A DNA stretch of 64,000 bases from positions 59,366 to 123,365 of the forward strand of contig CAVZTX010000008.1 of NCBI GenBank assembly GCA_963778375.1, read 5' to 3'. Below are positions 10,064 through 18,440 of the stretch, piece after piece (positions within the stretch are counted from its first letter, which is position 1; each line of letters opens with the position of its first letter). The DNA comes from an uncultured Chloroflexia bacterium (GTDB lineage: Bacteria; Chloroflexota; Ktedonobacteria; Ktedonobacterales; Ktedonobacteraceae). The notes under the pieces were generated by a model. That model searched no databases, was not told the origin of the DNA, and was given only the letters and a program-made list of their open reading frames with translations. The translations under genes were made by a program, and so were the position numbers.

Positions 10064-10369
10064 GCAACTTCAATCGTAATAAACATATGAACAATTTTAA
10101 GGTTTCTTCATAAATAGGGCCTGTAGGGACTAGAACGAAAGGGTGCCTTTGCGTTATAATTAAGAGTGATGTAAGGAATTTTTCTTGGCCTTGATTTGTT
10201 TTGTATTACAGGATACGAAATAGTGTGTGTCTGTAACTTCCTTCATCCCACTCGGTATTCGGACATGGTGTCACGATCAAAGGACTGCTTTCCCTGAGTG
10301 TAGGACCGAACCGACGGAAGATACCGTTATCTTGCTGCTTAAGATACTACTTTTCATGGAGGGCGCAAA

Positions 10370-11596
10370 ATGCTTGAACTAGAGCGTGCCATGACAGGAG
10401 CAACGCTTACCCTGGATCATACTAAAGAAACAACTACCGATCTTGATAAGCAATACGACGACATTGTCGGGCGATTGCTCACCAACGATCGTGAATATAT
10501 AAATGCTGATGACGTAGAGGGACCTGGCAAAGATGAGCAGGAGCTAGATGAGGACCTCACGGTTTTGGAGCCAGCACCTCTTGAGTTGGAAGAAATGTCT
10601 GATATGCATGAAGACCTGACTCAACTACCAAGCTCGCCTGAACTGGAGGCTGCCTCAATCCTCATTTTGCCTGCACTGGCTGCTGAGGATGCACCACCTG
10701 CTCGGCGTCCAACAGCGATGCGTCGCCGCCGCTCAGAAGACTCGGATGAAAATGCCGTGAATTCTACTGATGCAGGCGAATCAGATGCGGTGATGACCTA
10801 TCTTCGTGAAATTGGCCGTGTACCGATGATCACGCATGAGCGTGAAATCGAGCTGGCCAAACGCATTGAAATGGGTGATCGTGAAGCCAGAAAACAGTTT
10901 GTTCTGGCAAACCTTCGCTTGGTCGTAAGCATCGCCAAACGTTATGTTGGGCGCGGCCTGACACTCCTGGACCTGATTCAGGAGGGAAATATCGGGCTTA
11001 TTCGCGCCGTTCAGCGCTATGACTGGCGTCGTGGACACCGTTTCTCTACCCACGCAACGTGGTGGATTCGTCAGGCGATTAGCCGCGCAGTTGCCGACAA
11101 GGGGCGAACAATTCGTCTCCCCGTCTACGTCAATACCGCGCTTAATCGCATTCGTCGTGAGCGGCAACGCCTCTTGCAGGAACTGGGCCGCGAGCCAACG
11201 GAGCAGGAACTGGCTGACGCAACCGGCTTAGATCCTATTCGCATGGTCGAATTGCAGGCAGCCCCTGGCGCACCTGTCTCTCTAGAATTGCCGGTTGGCG
11301 AGGATGAAGAGCAGGAACTGGGCGACGTGCTTGCAGATACCGAATCGGCCTCGCCCGAGGATATTGCCACAACCCAGACACTCAAAGACGAAGTACAGCG
11401 CGTGCTCGAGTCAGTGCTCACACCACGGGAGCGACTCGTCTTGCAACTGCGCTTCGGTTTAGGTAATAGCCAGGCTCATCCACTCGAACAAGTGGGACGC
11501 GAACTGGGCATCACGCGAGAGCGTGTCCGCCAGATCGAAGCGGGAGCCTTGGCAAAACTACGTCAACCTCCTGTATTAGAGCGACTCCGTAGTTAA
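10370..11596 (+). CDS. rpoD: primary-type RNA polymerase sigma-70 factor
   Basis: TYLREIGRVPMITHEREIELAKRIE (region 1.2/2.1), LVVSIAKRYVGRGLTLLDLIQEGNIGLIRAVQRYD (2.2-2.4) and GITRERVRQIEAGALAKLR (4.2). The N-terminus is acidic. Confidence 0.9.
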   Translation: MLELERAMTGATLTLDHTKETTTDLDKQYDDIVGRLLTNDREYINADDVEGPGKDEQELDEDLTVLEPAPLELEEMSDMHEDLTQLPSSPELEAASILILPALAAEDAPPARRPTAMRRRRSEDSDENAVNSTDAGESDAVMTYLREIGRVPMITHEREIELAKRIEMGDREARKQFVLANLRLVVSIAKRYVGRGLTLLDLIQEGNIGLIRAVQRYDWRRGHRFSTHATWWIRQAISRAVADKGRTIRLPVYVNTALNRIRRERQRLLQELGREPTEQELADATGLDPIRMVELQAAPGAPVSLELPVGEDEEQELGDVLADTESASPEDIATTQTLKDEVQRVLESVLTPRERLVLQLRFGLGNSQAHPLEQVGRELGITRERVRQIEAGALAKLRQPPVLERLRS

Positions 11597-11604
11597 ACAC
11601 TCAA

Positions 11605-11642
11605 TAAAAAAACCTGGCACCATTAGCGATGCCAGGTTTTTT
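11605..11642. terminator. bidirectional intrinsic terminator between convergent rpoD and relA-like genes
   Basis: A-run, then cctggca...tgccagg hairpin, then tttttt. It reads as a terminator on both strands. Confidence 0.65.
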
Positions 11643-11647
11643 GCACT

Positions 11648-14065
11648 TCATTTCTTCTTCTTTTGCCCCAGGTCGCGCTCAACGTGTATCACACCCTTAA
11701 TCTTTTCAAGCCGTGTAAAGACGCGATACATCTGCTCTAAGCTCTCGATCTCCAAGGTGGCATTGATGCTAGCCAACTCTTTGCCAGCCCCTACGTTGGA
11801 ACTGACCGATGTCATATTGACGCTTGCCTCGGTCACTACAGCAGCAATGTCACGGATCAATCCAGCACGATCACGGGCTGTAATTATAACCGGAGCCAGG
11901 TAGCGTTGCTGCCCCATGCTCGTCCAATTCACATCAATGAGTCGTTCGCGGTCGCGCTCGCGATATCGCCCGATATTCTTGCAATCGGCACGATGAACAA
12001 TCGCACCTTTCCCCCGACTGATGAAGCCCACAATCTCATCACCTGGCAACGGACAACAGCAATTTGCCAGGCTGGTCAGCAGACCACTGACACCTGCAAC
12101 CTGCAAACGGGCTGTAGCGACAGGTTTCGTGGTCGCGGGAAGCGTGGGCGGCTCAGGCTCTTCTTTCAGCTCTTTTCCTTCACGCTGCTGCAAGTACTCT
12201 ATCAGTCGAACAGCCGCAGCGTGCTGGCGAATTTCACCGGAGCCAATCGCGGCCAGCAGGTCTTCAAACGACTCCTTGCTATGCTCATTTGCCAGCCATT
12301 GCTGCGCATCTTCGGTCAGACCATCAATACCACGTCCCCCACGCATTCTCACTTCACGATCCAAACGCTCCCGCCCAATCTGAATGTTGATATCCCGTTC
12401 ATAAACTTTGAGGTAGCGGCGAATTTTACTGCGGGCAGCGGCAGTTCGTGCGAAATTCAACCAGTCACGTGTTGGGTGGGCCGAGCGACTGGTTAGAATA
12501 TCCACAATCTCTCCGCCTTTGAGTTCATAATCCAGAGGCACTATCCGCGTCACAAGCCGCTCACTCTCGCCACTCCCCGTTTCAGTGATAATGCGGGCAC
12601 CCGCACAACTATCGCCCACCTTTGAGTGCACGCGATAAGCGAAATCAAGGGGAGTTGAGCCAACTGGCAACTCTTTGACCTCACCTTTAGGCGTGAAGAC
12701 AAAAATCTGTTCCTGGAAAATGTCGTCTTTGACAGCTTCAACAAATTCGGTGTCACTGGCAGTCGTTGAACGCAGTTCGCGTTGCCAGTCCGTAAGCTGG
12801 CGCAACCATGCCAATAACTCTTTAGCCGAAGCTGAGGCATGATCGCCTATATCTTTGTAATGCCAGTGCATTGCCACACCATACTCTGCCATTTCGTGCA
12901 TCGCAAAAGTACGGATTTGAATCTCTACAAGCTGCTCATCCAGGCAAAAGACCGTCGTATGCAGCGCACTATAGCCATTTGGCTTGGGATTGGCGATAAA
13001 ATCTTTGATACGCCCCTCTTTAGGCTTCCATAGACTATGTACATGTCCCAGGACAGCATAGCAATCACGCTTTGATTCAACGAGAATGCGGAAGGCGATC
13101 AAGTCGTGAATCTGGCTGAAATCTGCGGCAGCCTTCAGGTCTTCCAGGCGTTCGAAATCATTTATGTTGCGTAAAAGCTTCTTATAGAAGCTGTATGCAT
13201 GCTTGACACGACCCGATACTTGAGCCTTCAACCCCAGTTTTTCCATCTCCTGATCCAAAATTGCACAGACGCGATCAACGTAGGAACGCCATTGTTCGCT
13301 TTCTGCCTCAATCTGGTTTTGAATCCAGGCATATTTCTCCGGCTCTAGAATTTCAAAAGCTCTATCTTCCAAATCGCTTTCTACACGCGACATTCCCAGT
13401 CGTCCGGCCAATGGAGCATAAATCTCGCGGGTCTCCTGCGCCATCGTCAATATCTCTTGACGGTCTGCGGGATAGGCATGCTTGCATATTAATTGCATGG
13501 CATGTAATCGATAAGCGAGTTTAAGGAGCACAACCCGTGGATCTTCGGCCATTGCGAAAAACATTTTTCGCACCGTCTCCGCCTGCTGCCTGCGTAAGGC
13601 ATCACGAACACGCTGTTTCTTCGATTCGCGACCATTTCCTGGTTCGCTCTGCGGCCTATCAGGCACAATGAGTTGTGCCCCTGCATGTTTCTTGCGCTCT
13701 AGAATGTTCATATGAAGCATGCTGCCTACCACACGGGTTATGGGGAAACCAAGCGTACTCTCTACACGCTCGATCGTCAAGAGGTCTGCGTCAATTGCTT
13801 CAAAGACCAGGGCAGCAGCTACCCCAACCGCATCAATATGGTTTTGGGCCAAAATGCTTGCCACTGCTAAAGCATGTTCTAACGGGGGAATTGGACGATC
13901 ACCAAATACACCCCGGCACGTCTGCTGAGCAAGCTCAAGGGCTCGCGCAACCTGTTCTACTTCGGTTGGCGGCATATACTGACGTACAACGATAAGTAAT
14001 TGCTGTGCCTGGTCGTCTGTAAGGTTTTTTGCTAACGTTTGATTCTCTATAGGCATTTCTATCAT
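11648..14065 (-). CDS. relA: RelA-like (p)ppGpp synthetase with degenerate hydrolase domain (805 aa)
   Basis: Full RelA/SpoT architecture: synthetase motif GRIKDFIANPKPNGYSALHTTV, TGS and ACT regions. The hydrolase HD motif is replaced (AALVFEAIDAD versus AALLHDVVEDT in the paralog). Confidence 0.85.
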   Translation of the reverse strand: MIEMPIENQTLAKNLTDDQAQQLLIVVRQYMPPTEVEQVARALELAQQTCRGVFGDRPIPPLEHALAVASILAQNHIDAVGVAAALVFEAIDADLLTIERVESTLGFPITRVVGSMLHMNILERKKHAGAQLIVPDRPQSEPGNGRESKKQRVRDALRRQQAETVRKMFFAMAEDPRVVLLKLAYRLHAMQLICKHAYPADRQEILTMAQETREIYAPLAGRLGMSRVESDLEDRAFEILEPEKYAWIQNQIEAESEQWRSYVDRVCAILDQEMEKLGLKAQVSGRVKHAYSFYKKLLRNINDFERLEDLKAAADFSQIHDLIAFRILVESKRDCYAVLGHVHSLWKPKEGRIKDFIANPKPNGYSALHTTVFCLDEQLVEIQIRTFAMHEMAEYGVAMHWHYKDIGDHASASAKELLAWLRQLTDWQRELRSTTASDTEFVEAVKDDIFQEQIFVFTPKGEVKELPVGSTPLDFAYRVHSKVGDSCAGARIITETGSGESERLVTRIVPLDYELKGGEIVDILTSRSAHPTRDWLNFARTAAARSKIRRYLKVYERDINIQIGRERLDREVRMRGGRGIDGLTEDAQQWLANEHSKESFEDLLAAIGSGEIRQHAAAVRLIEYLQQREGKELKEEPEPPTLPATTKPVATARLQVAGVSGLLTSLANCCCPLPGDEIVGFISRGKGAIVHRADCKNIGRYRERDRERLIDVNWTSMGQQRYLAPVIITARDRAGLIRDIAAVVTEASVNMTSVSSNVGAGKELASINATLEIESLEQMYRVFTRLEKIKGVIHVERDLGQKKKK

Positions 14066-14162
14066 ACGAATTTCCAGTTTGTAGCTTACGGTTGACAGAG
14101 GTGCAAGGAACTGTATCTATAGACCCACTCATGAAATTGGTCCCTTGCATTCTCATAGCATC

Positions 14163-16373
14163 CTATCCTATACGTCGACCAAGATCGCGGGCCACGCTCA
14201 CCACATTTTTAATCTGCTGCAAGCGTTTAAAAATTGGCTCGATCTGATCTATCGTCTCTATCTCTAGTGTAGCAGTAATCACAGCCTTTTGCAGCGAAGC
14301 GTTAGTAGTTGAAGCTACCGCTGTCATATTTATACCCGCGTCCGACACTACCGCCGCTACGTCACGCAAAAGCCCAGCTCGATCATGTGCAATAATGATG
14401 ATCGGAGCAAGGTAATGCTGAGGTTCTATCTGCAGCCAATTTACCTCAACAAAACGCTCACTACGATATTCCCGCCGTCTCCGCAAGGTACGGCAATCGG
14501 TCCGATGAACAATGATGCCCTTGTTGGGATTGAGAAATCCTACAATAGCATCACCGGGGATAGGGCAGCAGCAATGCGCCAATTTCACCACCGGCAGTTC
14601 ACCTACCCCTTCCTCGGAGGAAGTATGCCCATTTTTCTCTACATCTTTCCCCCGTAGGGCCTGATTTATCGTGGCCGTCGCCGATGTATCGGCCTCCTCT
14701 TGCTTCATATCGCCACGGTTCTGCAAAAGCGGTGTGAGTTGTTCAATTACCGTTGCCACAGGTAGGTCCTCGCGACCCAGGGCCACATACACATCATCCG
14801 ATGTGTTATACTTCTTGTTCGTATCAATCCGCGAGAGATCCTCATCACGCACCACTCTCACTCCCGATGCTCCCACTGTCTTGAGTGCCAGATCCAAACG
14901 TTCACGACCCAGTTGCAAATTAATTTCTCGCTCATACGTTTTCAGATAGCGGCGAATTTTGGCGCGAGCCGTTGTTGTACGTGCAAAGGAGAGCCAATCA
15001 CGCGTTGGGTGCACCTTCGGATCGACAATGATATCTACGATCTCACCACCCTTAAGTTCGTAGTCAAGCGGCACAATGCGTGTCACCAATCGACCGGTAT
15101 CATCTGTATTCGTGATGATACGCGCCCCGGCACAATGATCACCAATATCCGTATGAATACGATAGGCAATGTCCAACGCTGTTGAACCTCTTGGCAGATC
15201 CTTTACCTCGCCCTTGGGCGTGAACATAAAAATCTGTTCCTGGAAAATGTCGCCCTTGACCGCTTCCACAAACTCGTCTGCATTCTGAGGCAGTTCACGC
15301 TGCCAATCACGCAGTTGCTCGATCCACGCCACCATTTCTCTCGAAGAGAGCCGCGACTCTCCCCGCTCCTTTAGATACCAATAGCTGGCAATGCCATAAT
15401 CTGCTGTACGCTGCATGTCTTGCGTACGAATCTGTATCTCTGCCAACTGATTATCCAGGCAGAAGACCGTCGTATGCAGCGACTGGTATCCATTCACCTT
15501 AGGTGTTGCGATAAAGTCCTTAATGCGCCCATCTTTCGGACGCCACAACGCGTGGATATGACCCAGCGCCAGGTAGCAATCATGCACACTATCGACCAGG
15601 ATACGGAAAGACACCAGATCGTGTATCTGGCTCAGCTCTCCGCCGCTTTGCTGCAACTTACGATTGATACTGGATAGGTGTTTTTGCCAATCGTGTACTT
15701 CTGCATGGATACCCGCCTCTTGCATCTCCTCTGAAAGCATCTGGCAGATCTGGTCGATATAAGGTTGGCGTTTGCGCCGTTCCTCTTCCACTTCACGTGC
15801 AAGCTTTGCATACCTCTCAGGTTCAAGATAGCTGAAAGCGAGGTCTTCCAGTTCAGCCTGCACGAGTGCCATTCCAAGACGTCTCGCTAATGGAGCGTAG
15901 ATCTCGCTGGTTTCACGGGCTTTGTTTTGCTGTTGGGCCTGATTCATCACACTGAGCGTACGCATGTTGTGCAGACGATCCGCTAATTTCAGTACCACCA
16001 CACGCGGGTCTTCAGCCATAGCGAGCAACATCTTACGTACCGTCTCAGAACGCTGGCGGCGTTTAAGCTCGCGTGCCAGCCGTTGACGCTGCTCTACCTG
16101 CTCTGGTGTTTGTGGTGTAATCGTGCTTATCGCGACTTCCGGCCCAGCTTTCCCGGCCAGGGCATCGAATTTCGTGACGCCATCGACAATATTAGCTACC
16201 GCATCCCCAAATTGCTGGCGCAGATCATCCAATGTATAGCGCGTATCCTCAACGACATCGTGCAGTAACGCAGCTACAATGCTATCGGCATCAATACGCA
16301 TATCGGCCAAAAGCAAGGCAACTTCCAAAGGATGTTGAATGAATGGCTCCCCCGAACGGCGCATGACTCCCAT
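14163..16373 (-). CDS. spoT: bifunctional Rel/SpoT-like (p)ppGpp synthetase/hydrolase with intact HD domain; N-terminus is in another frame (16291..16530)
   Basis: HPLEVALLLA...AALLHDVVEDT hydrolase motifs and synthetase GRIKDFIATPKVNGYQSLHTTV. The canonical N-terminus (...LETIQRAYELANRAH then GVMRRSGEPF) needs a 1-nt frame change near 16403-16410. Confidence 0.8.
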   Translation of the reverse strand: MGVMRRSGEPFIQHPLEVALLLADMRIDADSIVAALLHDVVEDTRYTLDDLRQQFGDAVANIVDGVTKFDALAGKAGPEVAISTITPQTPEQVEQRQRLARELKRRQRSETVRKMLLAMAEDPRVVVLKLADRLHNMRTLSVMNQAQQQNKARETSEIYAPLARRLGMALVQAELEDLAFSYLEPERYAKLAREVEEERRKRQPYIDQICQMLSEEMQEAGIHAEVHDWQKHLSSINRKLQQSGGELSQIHDLVSFRILVDSVHDCYLALGHIHALWRPKDGRIKDFIATPKVNGYQSLHTTVFCLDNQLAEIQIRTQDMQRTADYGIASYWYLKERGESRLSSREMVAWIEQLRDWQRELPQNADEFVEAVKGDIFQEQIFMFTPKGEVKDLPRGSTALDIAYRIHTDIGDHCAGARIITNTDDTGRLVTRIVPLDYELKGGEIVDIIVDPKVHPTRDWLSFARTTTARAKIRRYLKTYEREINLQLGRERLDLALKTVGASGVRVVRDEDLSRIDTNKKYNTSDDVYVALGREDLPVATVIEQLTPLLQNRGDMKQEEADTSATATINQALRGKDVEKNGHTSSEEGVGELPVVKLAHCCCPIPGDAIVGFLNPNKGIIVHRTDCRTLRRRREYRSERFVEVNWLQIEPQHYLAPIIIIAHDRAGLLRDVAAVVSDAGINMTAVASTTNASLQKAVITATLEIETIDQIEPIFKRLQQIKNVVSVARDLGRRIG

Positions 16374-16559
16374 ATGCGCTCGATTTGCTAACTCGTAAGC
16401 GCGTTGAAATCGTCTCCAGGTCCTGGAGAGTCAGATATTGGCGTGTCTCCGCTAATAGATGCTCAAGAGCCTCCTGCGGGGTTACGATGGACTCATCCGG
16501 GTTCACGGCCATCATTCGGATACCTCTCATCTTGCTGGTATCGTTCCAAACTAATACAT

Positions 16560-18440
16560 AGTTTAGATCACTAATGAATACATTGCAATAAGCATGTAGC
16601 CAGATTGTCCGTCTATTATGTTACGGATGACCTGAAAGCATCGTAACGGCCCATAAGTAATGTAGGGATGTTTGATGCGACAAAGAGAGCTACATGAGTA
16701 AATAACATGGGGGCTATATACTTTATATAACGTATAACAAATGCGAGCGGTAAAATTCATCCAATCCAGGTTGGTTAAGTGTTTGGTTGTAGTAGTAAGA
16801 GATGTTAGTGAGGTGATGATGGTGTAGGAAGTTAGGTTTAGGAAGTGAAGTAATGGAAAATAGAAAATAAGGTTAGAGTGTGGGATAAGTGTTAGAATGG
16901 AAATATACAAAGTTATGCATCAAGCTTTGATGATAGCAGATAATAGAGCAGACTAGAAAGTTACTTATCGCCTACATAAAATATAGAAAAAGCTAAACAG
17001 ACATCAACAACATTGCGGATACTACGAGAAGAAGACTAAGAGATCTCAACAGCCTATACTCAGATGGTTAGCTGTGTACAAAAGGATCAGGTTAAGGATC
17101 ATTTTATAGAAAGTTTAATCATTGATAAGTATAAAAACAGCACTAAATACCTATATCTACGAAAAAGAGAATGAGTTGATAGATTTTGTTTCTAAGAGAT
17201 AGGTGAGAGAAAGGAAATTTAGATATTTAGAGAGTTAAAAAGAACAAATGAGAGAGGAACTAGAGCTAGGAGAGCTAATCAATGACTGTGGAAAGAGAGA
17301 TAGGATGAAGATGAGAGAAGATAGAAAGAAACCTCTAAAGAGATAGAAGTTATAGTTCGTTGATTGAAAGATAGAGCGCAACATTGAGCAACAGAAGCTA
17401 CGAAAGTAATCTTATAGGACAAGATATCTAAGAAGTCTATCTACGATGAGTATCAACTACAAGAAATATAAGAAACAACTATGCAAATAGAAGCAAAGTG
17501 AATGGAAGAGCAATTTATCAGAAAAAAAACGTCGAAACGATGACGAATATACAGTACTATACTAGCTACACTATAACAAAATCAAAAATAAGATGGACGA
17601 AGAGAATAGCTATATAATATGAAGAGACGTCTCTTTAGAAAATAAACCATAAAAATATAAGAGAAAAAAAAAGAAAAAAAAAGAAAGAAAAAGAAAAAAA
17701 AAAAGAAAAAGAAAAAGAGATAAAGCAAAAAAAATAAGAAGAAGAAAAAAAAGAAAGAAAAAAAAGAAAAAAGAAAAAAAAGAAGAAAATAAAAAAAAGG
17801 GAAGAGAAAAAAGGAATATAAAAAATAGAGATGAAAAAGATAGATATAAAGGAGAGACAACAACGCCTTCAATGAGATAGAAAAAAAGAAAATGCTACTA
17901 GTAGAAGATGATGTATGGAAAGAAGATGACGATATAGCTCTAAAGCTAGGAAGTGACAACAGAGCTTATTTAGTCACTAGAGAATGCTCGAAGTAGCTGC
18001 ACGCTTCACACTGAGAGTAACACAAGTAGAAGAGTTAGATGAGGAAGATGGTTAGAAATTGTTGACTAAACTCGCTCCAGAGGTAGTACAAGCAGAGACT
18101 GAAGAAGATAGTATGATAGTACAGGCTGTAGGAGGTAAGAAGATAGCACTAACAATTAAGGGAAACTATATACGAGTTCAAACCCACAGTAGGAAACTGC
18201 AACGTATACATAAAGCTCTTAACCTTCTACATAAGGCAGAGGAAAGGCTACAACTGAATGAGCTTCAAGGAGGGTTGGAAAGCCATCCTAATCTACCTAC
18301 AGGCACACCATTATCACTAAAGCTGTCAAAGAAATCAGTGATAAAGCGAAGGAAGAACCAGCGCGCCAAGACTACCATGCGCTCTCAGACTACTCTACAA
18401 AGACAAATACCTACTCAGAGGAAGCTGCTATAGCAGTAAC
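16560..18440. other. ORF-free, strand-asymmetric purine-rich (A+G rich, C-poor on + strand) low-complexity tract
   Basis: All six frames are saturated with stops. The ORF-track entries here (poly-Phe 17582..17959, 16563..16910, 18059..18433) are compositional artefacts. Confidence 0.7.
17640..17830. repeat. ~190-nt near-pure homopurine/homopyrimidine tract, (A)n/(GA)n-like with potential mirror repeats
   Basis: agagaaaaaaaaagaaaaaaaaagaaagaaaaagaaaaaaaaaaagaaaaag... with only a few T/C interruptions. Confidence 0.8.

Noticed and set aside
10130-10165. Candidate sigma-70 promoter (tataat at 10155-10160) upstream of rpoD
   Set aside because: A -10-like hexamer is present but there is no convincing -35 at proper spacing, and it lies 200 nt from the start codon. 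Too weak to report as a feature.
17582-17959. 125-aa minus-strand ORF encoding poly-Phe/Leu (FFFFFFLFFL...)
   Set aside because: Pure translation artefact of the homopurine/homopyrimidine tract. It has no start context and no complexity.
18059-18433. 124-aa + strand ORF in the purine-rich region
   Set aside because: Lys/Gln/Glu-rich low-complexity product. It lies in decayed repeat sequence with stops in neighbouring register and shows no motif. It is at best a relic of the TPR-like repeats.
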